DNA of 64,000 bases from Phycisphaerales bacterium (lineage in GTDB: Bacteria > Planctomycetota > Phycisphaerae > Phycisphaerales > UBA1924): assembly GCA_026647565.1 (NCBI GenBank), contig JAPKGU010000001.1, forward strand, positions 13,458-77,457, written 5' to 3'. A model generated the notes under the pieces. The model was not told the DNA's origin. It saw only the letters and a list, made by a program, of their open reading frames with translations, and did no database searches. This document shows, piece after piece, positions 10,859 to 21,208 of the stretch; the first letter of the stretch is position 1, and each line of letters begins with the position of its first letter. A program made the position numbers and the translations under genes.

Positions 10859-12358
10859 TCAGGACGACGCGGCCCGCGCCAGGCCCCGCTCAAGGCACTC
10901 TAAGACGCGCGGCCAATCCTCCATCTTCATCACACCCAGCGGAGGCAGCATCCGGACGTGGTACGGGCCGTGGCCGCAATAGAAGAGAAGCACGTGCTCG
11001 TCGAAGCACGCGCGGCACGCCTTCATCACCTTGTCCTTGTCGCCGCCGAACGGCGTGAACCGCATCATGCCGCCGCACCCGGAGACGAGGTCCTTGACCT
11101 TCGGGTTCGCCGGGAACCACTCCGGATGCTTCGCGATCATCGTCTGCATGTGACGCCGGAACTCCGCGTGGTGGCGCTCGATCAGTCCGTCGGGACCGTA
11201 GTAGCTTCCGTCCCGCAGTTTCTCCACGACCCGCCTGCCGACCCTGAAGTCCGCCGTCGCGCCCGTGAACGTGCCCGAGAGCAGGCCCGGCTTGGGGTTG
11301 TAAGCGTCCGTGTAGAGCGTCGCGCACGCCTGCGTCATCTTGCCCACGCAGAGCACGTCCACGTACTCGCCAAGGTTGAGATGCTCGTACGCGAACATGC
11401 GGGGCGTGCGCCCGAACGACTGGATCTCGTCGTCCCACACCGCGATGTTGTGGGCCTTGCACACCTCCATCAGCGCCTTGTGGAAGTCGCGCGGCGCAAC
11501 ATTGAAGCCGCCCTCGCCCTGCACCAGCTCGAAGATGAAGCACGCGTGCTGACCCGGATACCGCTCGATGTACTGGCGGAGGTGATCGACACACATGTCG
11601 ATGAACCTGGTCTCACCCATGCGATCGGCGATCACCGGGTTGTAGAACGGCATGTAGTCCACCTGCGTCGACAGAGGGATGCCCACGCGTCCCGCCGCCG
11701 AGTCGCCCAGCTGCGACATCGTCACCGTGCGACCCATGAAGCAGTCCTGGAACGCGATCACTCGCGTCGCGCCGGGCGCGTGCTTCTGGTAGCAGACCTT
11801 GATCGCGTTCTCGTTCGCCATCGCGCCCGACGTGGAGACGAAGCAGTGCTTGAGGCGAGAGTGCTTCTGCGCCTCGATCAGCAGCGTCTCCGCGAACTCG
11901 AACGCCGCATTCGACGTCTGAAGATTGCCGTGCTTCAGCGTGTCCTCGACGCCCGCCTCGACCGCGGCCCGCACCAGGTCCGGTTCCGCGTGCCCGAAGA
12001 AGTGAACGCCGATCCCGCAGATCATGTCCCACTTCACCGACCCGTCCATCAGCTCGACCAGCGCCCCGTTGCCCGCGCCCGACGAGATGTACGGATACAG
12101 CAGCGATCGACCCCGCACCGCCGCCGCCCGCGCCATCAACTGCTCGTAAGACTGCGCCAGCTCCGGCACAGGCCCTCGCGCGTCGGTCACCAACGCCGAT
12201 TTGGCCCTGACCTCGGCCACGATCGCATCCACCGCCGCGCGGACCGCCGGCGATTCCTGCAACTGGCGTCCGGCGGTCCTGACGACCGTCTGGGCCGCGA
12301 TCTTCTGCGCCGCTGTCTGGGGGGTGCTGCTGGAAACGGTTGGGGAAGGAACGGTCAT
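10859..12358 (-). CDS. Class III (PLP-dependent) aminotransferase, atypically long (499 aa)
   Basis: STSGAMANENAIK, FIFELVQGEGG, DEIQSFGRT and the PLP-lysine context CVGKMTQ. Confidence 0.8.
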   Translation of the reverse strand: MTVPSPTVSSSTPQTAAQKIAAQTVVRTAGRQLQESPAVRAAVDAIVAEVRAKSALVTDARGPVPELAQSYEQLMARAAAVRGRSLLYPYISSGAGNGALVELMDGSVKWDMICGIGVHFFGHAEPDLVRAAVEAGVEDTLKHGNLQTSNAAFEFAETLLIEAQKHSRLKHCFVSTSGAMANENAIKVCYQKHAPGATRVIAFQDCFMGRTVTMSQLGDSAAGRVGIPLSTQVDYMPFYNPVIADRMGETRFIDMCVDHLRQYIERYPGQHACFIFELVQGEGGFNVAPRDFHKALMEVCKAHNIAVWDDEIQSFGRTPRMFAYEHLNLGEYVDVLCVGKMTQACATLYTDAYNPKPGLLSGTFTGATADFRVGRRVVEKLRDGSYYGPDGLIERHHAEFRRHMQTMIAKHPEWFPANPKVKDLVSGCGGMMRFTPFGGDKDKVMKACRACFDEHVLLFYCGHGPYHVRMLPPLGVMKMEDWPRVLECLERGLARAASS

Positions 12359-12473
12359 GGAGCCCTCGTCGGGGTTTGGATTGGCTGCCGACGCACGAAA
12401 CGCTCGGCTTCTCGGACCGGACGGTCATCCGGAAGGGGTCGCCCCATGTCCGGACCGGGGATTGTTGGATCGG

Positions 12474-13712
12474 TCAGGAACGGGTGCCCAAGCAAGCCCG
12501 ATCCGCCCGAGCAAGACGGGTGATGAGGATTGCAAGGAGCGAGCAACGCTCAACAAGACTGGAAAGGTCGATCCACTCGTCCGGCGTGTGCAGACCACCC
12601 CCACGGACACCGAGCGTGTCGATACAGGGCATTCCCTCATCCTGAAGGATGTTCCCGTCACACACACCCGCCGTTTTCCCGAACGGCAGTTTCTGCCCGA
12701 GGTCTTCCGCCGCCGAGCGCGCCGACTCGGCGAGGAACCGAACGCCCGGAGTCAGCGGCTTGGCCGGACGATTGAACGAGCGCCTGATGACAACGCGAGG
12801 CAGCGTCCCCGCCGACGCGGAAGCCGGCGTCGCCAGCGCATCGACCTTCCGCGCCAGTTCCTCACACCCCTCGGGATTCGGGAATCGCACGTTCCCCCAC
12901 GCCTGCGCATGGTCCGGCACCGCGTTCGTCACCTCACCACCCTTGATCGGCCCGACATTCACGATCATGCCGCGCGAGGGCTCCGGCAGCTTCGCGAGCG
13001 CCACGAGCGTCTCCGCAAGCGCCGTCACCGCCGAGATGCCCGATGTGAAGTCGCGCCCGACGTGCGCGGATCTTCCGAACGTCTCGACCTTGAACTGACC
13101 GGAGCCGGCCCGCTCCACGACGAGCGAGCCGTCCGGGAGCGCCGGCTCCAGCGCCAGCGCCAGATCGTGCGCCCGCGCCGCGTCGCGAATCGCTCGCTCC
13201 GAGTGGTAGCTCCCCGTCTCCTCGTCCGAGTTCAGCAGGAACGACCAGCTCACATCGACGCCAAGCTCGTGCAGCACCTCGAGCGCCGCAACCGCGATCA
13301 CGATCCCCCCCTTCATGTCGACGCACCCCGGCCCGATCGCCGTCTTTCCGTCCGCGCTCGGCGACAGCTTGAGGAAGGGCCCCGCCGGATCGTGCACCGT
13401 GTCAAGGTGCCCCGCGATGAGGATCCGCGTCAGGCCCGCGTCTCTCGACGGACGCGACGCGATCCCCGTCGGAGGGATCGGACCACCCGATGCCCCGAGA
13501 AGCCAATCCGGCTTCGCGTCGCCGGGCACAATCGTCGTCGCTGCCCCAAGCGAGGCCAGCCGCTCAAGCAGCATGCGACGCGAGGCGTCCAGCGCCGTGG
13601 CGTTGTTGCCGCCGGTGGGCATCTCCACGTGCAGTCGCAGGTCCTCGAGCAACGCCGCGCGCCGCTCGGCAACCGCGCTGGCGATCTCTCTTTCAAGTGT
13701 GCTCAGTGGCAT
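12474..13712 (-). CDS. M20 family metallopeptidase / deacylase (candidate desuccinylase)
   Basis: HLDTVH, NSDEETGS and an overall M20 dimerisation-domain layout. Start at MPLSTLERE (13712). The ORF upstream of this is antisense overlap. Confidence 0.75.
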   Translation of the reverse strand: MPLSTLEREIASAVAERRAALLEDLRLHVEMPTGGNNATALDASRRMLLERLASLGAATTIVPGDAKPDWLLGASGGPIPPTGIASRPSRDAGLTRILIAGHLDTVHDPAGPFLKLSPSADGKTAIGPGCVDMKGGIVIAVAALEVLHELGVDVSWSFLLNSDEETGSYHSERAIRDAARAHDLALALEPALPDGSLVVERAGSGQFKVETFGRSAHVGRDFTSGISAVTALAETLVALAKLPEPSRGMIVNVGPIKGGEVTNAVPDHAQAWGNVRFPNPEGCEELARKVDALATPASASAGTLPRVVIRRSFNRPAKPLTPGVRFLAESARSAAEDLGQKLPFGKTAGVCDGNILQDEGMPCIDTLGVRGGGLHTPDEWIDLSSLVERCSLLAILITRLARADRACLGTRS

Positions 13713-13911
13713 GGAGGGCGATGGTAGCCGCCGGCGCCGGTCGGGAACCCTCAGGTCGCCTCCCGACCATGGCGATCCCTCCGGCAGTCCGATCGGATCA
13801 CCGCCGAACGAAACCTCGCCTTCGCACGGGCGCCTCCGCTCGGCCAATCACCTCCTACCATCTTGGTCCGGGTCTTGCCTGCACCCCTTCCCACAAGTGG
13901 AGAGCGTTGAG

Positions 13912-15636
13912 ATGGCGGCGTTTGTGAACCGGCTCGTGATGCAGAATCGTCTCTTCTCCGAGCTGTCGCGCATGTTCGGCCGCGAGGTTCCCCTCTACGA
14001 CAAGTCGCTCCTCGTCAACGCGATCTGCAACCGGATCGTGTGCGACCTCCTGTCGCGGATGCACGCCGGTTTCTCGATCACCGACGCGCAGCTGGAGAGA
14101 ACCAGCGGCGAGCGGCACGGCGCGATCCGCATCGGCCGACCCGACGAGTACCGCTGGATCGCGCGGTTCTTCGCGTGCTTCGCCATGGAGCCGCACAACT
14201 TCTACGACATGACGAGTGTCGGCGCCAAGAGCCAGCCCAGCATCGCAACCGCCTTCAGGTCCGTCACCGGTCCGGAGCATCGCGTCTTCACCTCGCTTCT
14301 CATGACCAGCTACTTCGCCCCGGAGACCAGGGCGCGGATCGAAGCCTTGCTCGCGCAGCGATCGATCATGTCGCCGCGGGCCAAGGAGCTCATCGAGAAG
14401 AGCGAACGCCAGGGCGGGCTCTCGGAGCACGATGCCGACGCGCTCATCCGCGAGGGCACCGACCGGATCTTCAAGTGGACGGGCCGCGCCCGCGACCTGG
14501 ATCTGTACAAGGAACTGAGCGCGGCGGGCTTCAAGATCGCCGCGGACATCGCGTGCTTCGAGTCGCACCACCTCAACCACCTGACGCCGAACACGCTGTG
14601 CATGGACCTGTTCACGAGCGCGATGAAGTTCTGCATGGGCGTGCTCGACGAGGACCGCTTCCGCGAACGCGCACGCTCGGCACTCACGGCACTGCTGACC
14701 TCCGCCGACGCGGACTTCCTCTGTCTCTCGTTCAAGCATCTCTCTCGCGACGAGGTCGACGCCTTCACCCGCGCCGCACCGACACCCGACGACATCCGCA
14801 GACTCGTCGCGGCCCTCGCATCCCGCCTTCGTTCGCCCGACCTTGATCTTGCCCGACTCGACCATTCCGGCTTCAAAGACTCGACCGAAGGGCCGCCCGC
14901 GGGCACCCCGGTGCTGCTCCGCCAGGACGCGTACAAGGCGCTGGTCGAGCCCGTCACCTTCACGAATCCCGACGGCACCGTTGTTGAATCGACGCACACC
15001 GCAAGGTTCGGCGAGATCGAGCAGCGCTTCTTCGCGACCACCCCCGCGGGCCGAAAGCTCTACGACGCGTGTCTTGCAGAAGCGGACGCCGCCCGAGAGA
15101 AGGACCCCGCTCTGGCCCATCGCGACCACGAGGCATACCAGCGACTCTACGCCGAGCCGTTCGCCCCGTTCCCGAAGACGCTTCCCGAGCTCGTCGCACA
15201 GGGACTCGTGTACGCAAGGTACGAGCCGACCGAGGCCGGACGCGCTCGGAAGGGCTCGATCGAGACCCCGAGACTTCCCGAGCTCGTGCGCCTGGGCCTC
15301 GCCAGGTTCGAGGGCCTTCGCTACGAGGACTTCCTGCCCGTGAGCGCCGCGGGCATCTTCGCGTCGAATCTGAACCAATACGGGACCAAGTCCACCGCCG
15401 CCGTTCGTCCCACCTACACGCAGGCGATGCTGGAAGAGATCATGGGAAAGCGGATCGTCGACGCCGATGCCGTCTACAAGGCGATGCAGGCCAGGTCGAT
15501 CCTCGACACACACACCGCGCTCGGCACGCTGCGCCTGCTCGCGCCGACCGAACGCGCCGAGCTCGAAGCCGCCGCCGAAACGCTGCCCGAGGCATCTCGC
15601 TTCAAGGAATCCGAACGCGTCGCGGCAACGGTCTGA
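13912..15636 (+). CDS. ydcJ: YdcJ/HglS family (DUF1338) 2-oxoadipate dioxygenase/decarboxylase-like protein
   Basis: ERHGAIRIG, RVFTSLL, HHLNHLTPNT, LLRQDAYKAL, HTARFGEIEQR and YEDFLPVSAAGIFASNL align closely with E. coli YdcJ as remembered. GGAG precedes the ATG at 13912. The 13315 ORF start is antisense to the M20 gene. Confidence 0.85.
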   Translation: MAAFVNRLVMQNRLFSELSRMFGREVPLYDKSLLVNAICNRIVCDLLSRMHAGFSITDAQLERTSGERHGAIRIGRPDEYRWIARFFACFAMEPHNFYDMTSVGAKSQPSIATAFRSVTGPEHRVFTSLLMTSYFAPETRARIEALLAQRSIMSPRAKELIEKSERQGGLSEHDADALIREGTDRIFKWTGRARDLDLYKELSAAGFKIAADIACFESHHLNHLTPNTLCMDLFTSAMKFCMGVLDEDRFRERARSALTALLTSADADFLCLSFKHLSRDEVDAFTRAAPTPDDIRRLVAALASRLRSPDLDLARLDHSGFKDSTEGPPAGTPVLLRQDAYKALVEPVTFTNPDGTVVESTHTARFGEIEQRFFATTPAGRKLYDACLAEADAAREKDPALAHRDHEAYQRLYAEPFAPFPKTLPELVAQGLVYARYEPTEAGRARKGSIETPRLPELVRLGLARFEGLRYEDFLPVSAAGIFASNLNQYGTKSTAAVRPTYTQAMLEEIMGKRIVDADAVYKAMQARSILDTHTALGTLRLLAPTERAELEAAAETLPEASRFKESERVAATV

Positions 15637-15692
15637 GCCGCCGCGCCTCCTGACCAGGTCACGCCCCGCGCCGTGTCACGGACTCTCGCGCC

Positions 15693-16232
15693 TCACGGAC
15701 TCGTCGCTCCGTACCTGAGACGAGTCACCGACACGGCTCGCTCCCCCACCAGCGTCGCGACCACAAGGTTGTCGTACGCCTCAAACGAGTCGATCGGCTC
15801 CGCGCCGAGCCCCTCCATGATCGGCCCGAGCGTGTTGCTGTGACCGACGATGAGAACCGTCGAGCCGTCCGGCGTCGCTCGCACGCCCGCCAGCACCTCT
15901 TCGTTCCCGGTCGCTCCCTGCTTGACCACGCGCGGCATCACCCCGATCGCCTCCGCCAGCGGCATCGCCGTGTCCCGCGTCCGCCGCAGCGGTGAGACGA
16001 GGATCGCATCCACCGAGGCGTCCGCCAGCACGCGCATCAGCTCCGATGCCCTCGCAGACCCCGTCTCGCTGAGTTCCGGATCGGCCGACTCATCGACCTT
16101 CTCCGCGTGACGCACGAGAATGACCGTTCGGACGGGTTCCTGTTGCACGAGGCCTCGGCCGCTTCCGACCGCGCCCGTTCCACAGGCGATCAGCACGGCC
16201 CCCGCGAGCGACGGCAAGAGTCGAGTCTTCAT
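15693..16232 (-). CDS. Histidine phosphatase family lipoprotein (SixA/phosphoglycerate-mutase-like)
   Basis: Lipobox LIAC in the signal peptide, RHAEK catalytic motif and a later VGHSNTL. Confidence 0.7.
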   Translation of the reverse strand: MKTRLLPSLAGAVLIACGTGAVGSGRGLVQQEPVRTVILVRHAEKVDESADPELSETGSARASELMRVLADASVDAILVSPLRRTRDTAMPLAEAIGVMPRVVKQGATGNEEVLAGVRATPDGSTVLIVGHSNTLGPIMEGLGAEPIDSFEAYDNLVVATLVGERAVSVTRLRYGATSP

Positions 16233-16274
16233 GGCAGCAGCATAACGCCGCGTCTCACGCTCGGCGTCGCCCGA

Positions 16275-17702
16275 TCACGGCTCCCTTCCCGGTTCACGCT
16301 GGTGCTCGTCCGCCGCGGGCCACGCCCCGCCCTCCGCCCCATCCAGCACCAACACCACACCGGGCCGCTCCGACGCCAGCCGTGCCGCCCCCTCCGAGGT
16401 CACGCTCGTGCCCCACGCATACACGCGTGCCAGCGACGGGGACCACGCTCCGCCCGTCAGCGCCGCGTCCGTCACGCGCGTCCCCGTCATCGTCAGCACG
16501 CGAAGCGCCGGCAGCCCGACGACCTTCGAGAAGCCCTCATCAGTCAGACCGCTCGCCGAGAGGTCGAGCCGTTCCAGCGCCTTGCACTCGGCGACAACAT
16601 CCATCGCGGCATCCGTCACCAGCGGGCCCGTCGCGCGGAGCCAACGCACGCGATGCGCAATCGGCCGCAGCATCTGCAACGCCTCGTCATCGCATCCAGG
16701 CCCAGCCAGCGAGAGATTGACGTCGAGCAACTCGGAACCCGCCGCGACCGGAAGCACGTGCGCCCCGATCGCCCGAAGCGCGTCGATCGCCGCCGCCTCT
16801 TCCGGGTGCTCCTGCCGATCCGTGCCGTCCTTCGGCGCTCCCCCTTCGTACTCATCTTCGCCGGAAGCCGGCACGTCCACCGCCTGCCGCTCCGTGCGCT
16901 GGCCCTCACTCGCCAGCGACTCGATCCACACCCGCACCGCATGGATCTGCGCCGAACTCAAACGCTCACCCTTCGGCGGCATCGCGCCGTCCTCATCCTC
17001 AGCAGCCGTGATCCGAACGATCATGTCGCTCGCATCAGGAGCACCCGGAGCGATCACCCACTCGTCAACGCCGAGCGCGTGCTCAAGCGAATCCAGCCGC
17101 AGCCCGCCCTTCGCCCGTGTCGGACCGTGGCACTCCACGCACCTCGACTCAAGCACGGGGAGCACATCACGCTCGAAAGAGACCGTCCCCGCGGTCAGCG
17201 CCTCCGACGGCTCCTCCGACGGCTCCGCCGCCGGCGCCGCGTTCCCGTCGGGAGAACCCCTGGACGCGAACGGCGCGAAGAGATAGCCCTCGCCGTAGAC
17301 CAGTGTTCCGCCCAGATGCCCCGCGAATCCGATCGCGCCGGACGCGATCACAAGCGATGCGCGGAACGCCGCGACGCCGCCCCTGTTCCCCCTCGCCGCA
17401 ATCCCGATGAGCAGGGCCAGCAGCGCGCCCCCGCCCCCACCGATCGCGACCCACCGGTGCAGCTCGAGCGTCGTGTTGCCCGAGCCGTGCTCAAAGTCCG
17501 CGTTGAGCCACCCGCTCCCGATCGCCGCGCCGGAAGCCGCCACGCCGATCGCCAGCATGTTGATCGAGGTCCGCGCCGGCCCCGGGCGCCGCAGCGCGGC
17601 TCGCGTCACCTCGATCATCGCCGCCGCCAGCACCATCGCAATCGGAAAGTGAACGACGATCGGGTGCAACCGTCCGGCAAACTGGAGCAGCTGTTCGGTC
17701 AT
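16275..17702 (-). CDS. Membrane protein with DUF2231-like N-terminus, planctomycete cytochrome c domain (PSCyt1) and C-terminal leucine-rich repeats
   Basis: HPIVVHFPIAM TM region, FERDVLPVLESRCVECHG (CxxCH) and LRR-like LERLDLSASGLTDEG. ATG at 17702 overlaps the upstream stop (ATGA). Confidence 0.7.
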   Translation of the reverse strand: MTEQLLQFAGRLHPIVVHFPIAMVLAAAMIEVTRAALRRPGPARTSINMLAIGVAASGAAIGSGWLNADFEHGSGNTTLELHRWVAIGGGGGALLALLIGIAARGNRGGVAAFRASLVIASGAIGFAGHLGGTLVYGEGYLFAPFASRGSPDGNAAPAAEPSEEPSEALTAGTVSFERDVLPVLESRCVECHGPTRAKGGLRLDSLEHALGVDEWVIAPGAPDASDMIVRITAAEDEDGAMPPKGERLSSAQIHAVRVWIESLASEGQRTERQAVDVPASGEDEYEGGAPKDGTDRQEHPEEAAAIDALRAIGAHVLPVAAGSELLDVNLSLAGPGCDDEALQMLRPIAHRVRWLRATGPLVTDAAMDVVAECKALERLDLSASGLTDEGFSKVVGLPALRVLTMTGTRVTDAALTGGAWSPSLARVYAWGTSVTSEGAARLASERPGVVLVLDGAEGGAWPAADEHQREPGREP

Positions 17703-18790
17703 GCACCCACCCGCCTCAGCAGCGTGATCCGGCCGATCGGCACCCACTCCGCGACCAGGATATCGCCGCTCTGCAGGAAGATCGCGGTGTGCGGGTGTAT
17801 GAACCTGCCCGGCACGAAGTCGGCGCGTGGCCGGCCGCGCAGCGCCGACGGATGCCCGTCCCCGAGGTGCACAACCGCCTTCCCGTCCATACCCATGAGC
17901 GTCACAACGCTCTCCAGGTCCGGCACGAGCAGCAGGTCGTTCCGCGTCTTGAAGTGGCACGGCATCCGCACGCCGTCCGACAGAAACTCGACGTGCTCGC
18001 CCTCGAGCGTGAATCGCTGGATGCGCCTGTTCCCTCGGTCCGCCACGAGCAGCGTCGGCCCCCGCCCCCGAACGACAACGCGATCATCCACCCAAAGCCC
18101 GTGCGGGCACGACACCTGGCCACGCTCATGCCCCGGCCCGATCAGCGTCGACTCGTACGCCCCATCCGCGCCGTATCGATGGACATAGGACGAGCCGTAC
18201 CCGTCACCAACCAGCAGCCGACCATCGGGAAGGAATGCAACGTTTGTCGGGCACCACTTCTCGGGCGACTCGTACTTGCCCGACTGCAGCGGGCACCCGG
18301 ACTCCCACACGACCTCTCCCTTGAGATCGGTCTTCACAACCAGCCGACGCTGCGTGTCGCAGTGGTACAGGAACTCCGCCTCGGAGCCGTCCGCGCCCTC
18401 GGCCCTCACGTCAAGGCCGTGCGCCCCACCGCGGAACGCCGAGCCCCACGCGCCATGGAACTTCCCTTCGGGAGTGAACACGACAACCGCCTCCGAACGG
18501 GTGCTCTCAGCGTTGACCGTGTGAGCGACGTAGATCAGCCCCGACCTGTCCTGCGCCAGCCCGTGCGTGTCTCCCCACATCAGGCCATCCGGGGGCGACA
18601 GCCAGTCGTGGACGCACTCATACATATGCTCGCCCGAGCCGAGCACCGGCGCCCTCAGCCCTGACTTGTCCGACCCGCAAACCCGCGGCGCGAACGCTCC
18701 CGCGGCCGCCAGACCGACCCCCGCGTGGAGACCCGCTCGAAGGAACCCGCGTCGATCGACGCCACCGCCCGCCGTTGATTGCCGCTTCAT
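17699..18790 (-). CDS. TAT-secreted NHL-repeat / six-bladed beta-propeller protein
   Basis: Twin-arginine signal DRRGFLRAG and repeated GxxHGL / VAD-type propeller motifs. The start is uncertain between 18790 and 18874. Confidence 0.65.
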   Translation of the reverse strand: MKRQSTAGGGVDRRGFLRAGLHAGVGLAAAGAFAPRVCGSDKSGLRAPVLGSGEHMYECVHDWLSPPDGLMWGDTHGLAQDRSGLIYVAHTVNAESTRSEAVVVFTPEGKFHGAWGSAFRGGAHGLDVRAEGADGSEAEFLYHCDTQRRLVVKTDLKGEVVWESGCPLQSGKYESPEKWCPTNVAFLPDGRLLVGDGYGSSYVHRYGADGAYESTLIGPGHERGQVSCPHGLWVDDRVVVRGRGPTLLVADRGNRRIQRFTLEGEHVEFLSDGVRMPCHFKTRNDLLLVPDLESVVTLMGMDGKAVVHLGDGHPSALRGRPRADFVPGRFIHPHTAIFLQSGDILVAEWVPIGRITLLRRVGA

Positions 18791-18862
18791 GTGATCCATG
18801 CCCTGAGCATACTGCATTCCGTCGGAGTTGGACCGGCCGATCCGATCCTGTAGACTCGGCGC

Positions 18863-21208
18863 ATGGTCCGACACCGTCCCGCCCTCTCCCTCCTGTCAGC
18901 CGTCTGCGCCCTCGGTCACGCCTCCGCATCCGACGGACCGACACCCGGGCGGACCATCGAGTTCGCACGAGATGTACGCCCGATCCTCGCCTCGAACTGC
19001 TTTGCCTGCCACGGTCCCGACGAGAAGACGCGTCAGGCCGGCCTGCGTCTGGACACCCACGAGGGCGCCCTCGAAGTCGTCCGCCCCGGCAACGCCGACG
19101 CCAGCTCCCTCATCAGGCACGTCCTTTCCGACGATCCCTCCGAACGAATGCCTCCCCCCGAGGTCAGCGAGCGGGGCCTGAGCGATCAGCAGGTCGGGAT
19201 CCTGCGCGCGTGGATCAACGAGGGCGTCTCATGGGGGGAGCATTGGTCCTTTCTCCCTCCCGTTTCCCAACCCCCGCCGGCCGTCTCTTCGCCCGACTGG
19301 GTGCGGCGCGACCTCGACGCGCTCGTGCTCGCCGCGCTCGACGACGCCGGCCTGCCCGCGTCCGCGAGCGCCGACCGCCGCACGCTCGCGCGTCGCGTCT
19401 CGCTCGACCTCACAGGCCTCCCGCCCGATCCCGTGCGGGTCGACGCCTTCGTCTCCGACCCCCGGCCGGATGCCTACGAACAGCTCGTCGACGAGCTTCT
19501 CGCGTCGCCCCACTACGGCGAGAAATGGGCCCGATGGTGGCTCGACCTGGCCCGCTACGCCGACACCAAGGGATACGAGAAAGACGAACGCCGCACCATG
19601 TGGCCCTATCGCGACTGGGTCGTCCGCGCTCTCAACGACGACATGCCGATGGATCGCTTCGCCGCGCTCCAGCTCGCCGGAGACATGCTGCCCGACGCGT
19701 CCGAGTCCGATCTCGTCGCCACCGCCTTCCATCGCAACACCATGACCAACGACGAGGGCGGCACCGACGACGAGGAGTTCCGCACCGCCGCGGTCATCGA
19801 CCGCGTCAACACCACCATGGAGATCTGGCAAGGCCTGACCATGGCGTGCGCCCAGTGCCACACGCACAAGTTCGAGCCGATCACGCACACCGACTACTTC
19901 CGCGTCTTCGCGATCTTCAACAACACCGAGGACGCCGATCGCTACCCCGTGGAATCCCCCGTCCTTCCCCTCCCGAGCAAGGAGCAGCAGGAACGGATCG
20001 AGGCCCTCAAGGCCGAGATCGCCCGACTCGAAGCCGCCGCCGCGTCAGAGCCCGCCATCGCGCCGGAACTCGAGCCCAAGCTCGCAGAAGCCCGCGGCTC
20101 CCTGGGCACGGTCCAGTCCGCGGTCCCCGAGCTCCCCATCATGCGCGAACTCGCCGGCGACCAGCGCCGCGTCACCCGCGTCTTCACCGGAGGAAGCTAT
20201 CTCAATCCCGCCGACGAAGTCTCCCCCGGCGTTCCCGACCGCTTCGCACGCGTCAGCGAGTCCCATCCCGCCAACCGCGCCGAACTCGCCGCGTGGCTCT
20301 TCGATCCCGACAACCCGCTCACGGGCCGCACTCTCGCCAACCGCGTCTGGGAACAGGTGTGGGGCATCGGCATCGTCGAAACCGTCGAGGACCTTGGCAC
20401 CCAGGGCGCATGGCCCAGCAACCAGCCGCTCCTGGACCACCTTGCCATCCGGTTCATGGAAGGCAACTGGAGTCTCAAGCGACTGCTCCGCGAGATCGTG
20501 ACCTCCTCGACCTACATGCAGTCCTCTGACGTCTCGCCCCAACTGCTCGAGCGCGATCCCGCCAACCGGCTCCTCGCCCGCGGCCCGCGCACCCGTCTCG
20601 ACGCAGAGACCATCCGCGATCAGGCACTGGCTGCCTCCGGCCTTCTCTCCCGCAGGATGTACGGACCATCCGTCTTCCCGTACCAGCCACCGGGCCTCTG
20701 GATCATGATCTACAGTGGCGATCAATGGGCAACCAGCCCCGGCGAGGACAAGCACCGCCGCAGTCTCTACACCTTCATCCGCCGGACCGTCCCCCATCCC
20801 GCGATGACCACGTTCGATGCGCCAAGCCGGGAGGTCTGCGTGTCCAGACGCCTGCGCACAAACACGCCGCTCCAGGCGATGGTCACGCTCAACGACCCGC
20901 AGTTCGTCGAGTGCGCCCAGGCGCTCGCACGCGTCGCGCTCGCCTCCCCCGGCGACGACGCGGCACGCCTGTCGCTCGCGATGCGTCGCGTCCTCGCCCG
21001 CCCGCCGTCGCCGGATGAACAGGGCATGCTGCTCGATGCCCTCCGCGAGCTTCGCTCGCGATTCGATGCCGCCCCGGAGGACGCGCTCCCGGCCGCGACC
21101 GATCCGATCGGCCCGCTCCCCGAGGGACTCGACGCCAGGGAAGCCGCGCCCTGGACCGTGCTCTGCTCCGTGATCCTCAATCTCGACGAAGCGCTGACAA
21201 AGGAATGA
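18863..21208 (+). CDS. PSCyt1-DUF1549-DUF1553 (PSD1) protein
   Basis: Signal peptide. FARDVRPILASNCFACHGPDE (PSCyt1), ARRVSLDLTGLPP (DUF1549) and CAQCHTHKFEPI (DUF1553). Confidence 0.85.
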   Translation: MVRHRPALSLLSAVCALGHASASDGPTPGRTIEFARDVRPILASNCFACHGPDEKTRQAGLRLDTHEGALEVVRPGNADASSLIRHVLSDDPSERMPPPEVSERGLSDQQVGILRAWINEGVSWGEHWSFLPPVSQPPPAVSSPDWVRRDLDALVLAALDDAGLPASASADRRTLARRVSLDLTGLPPDPVRVDAFVSDPRPDAYEQLVDELLASPHYGEKWARWWLDLARYADTKGYEKDERRTMWPYRDWVVRALNDDMPMDRFAALQLAGDMLPDASESDLVATAFHRNTMTNDEGGTDDEEFRTAAVIDRVNTTMEIWQGLTMACAQCHTHKFEPITHTDYFRVFAIFNNTEDADRYPVESPVLPLPSKEQQERIEALKAEIARLEAAAASEPAIAPELEPKLAEARGSLGTVQSAVPELPIMRELAGDQRRVTRVFTGGSYLNPADEVSPGVPDRFARVSESHPANRAELAAWLFDPDNPLTGRTLANRVWEQVWGIGIVETVEDLGTQGAWPSNQPLLDHLAIRFMEGNWSLKRLLREIVTSSTYMQSSDVSPQLLERDPANRLLARGPRTRLDAETIRDQALAASGLLSRRMYGPSVFPYQPPGLWIMIYSGDQWATSPGEDKHRRSLYTFIRRTVPHPAMTTFDAPSREVCVSRRLRTNTPLQAMVTLNDPQFVECAQALARVALASPGDDAARLSLAMRRVLARPPSPDEQGMLLDALRELRSRFDAAPEDALPAATDPIGPLPEGLDAREAAPWTVLCSVILNLDEALTKE

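Noticed and set aside
13315-13911. N-terminal 199-codon extension of the YdcJ-like ORF; likewise 53810-54922 for the S9 peptidase and 41077-41544 for DegT
   Set aside because: The extensions are antisense to, or out of frame with, neighbouring real genes, and their sequence is low complexity. Internal starts with RBS-like motifs coincide with the beginning of the homologous regions.
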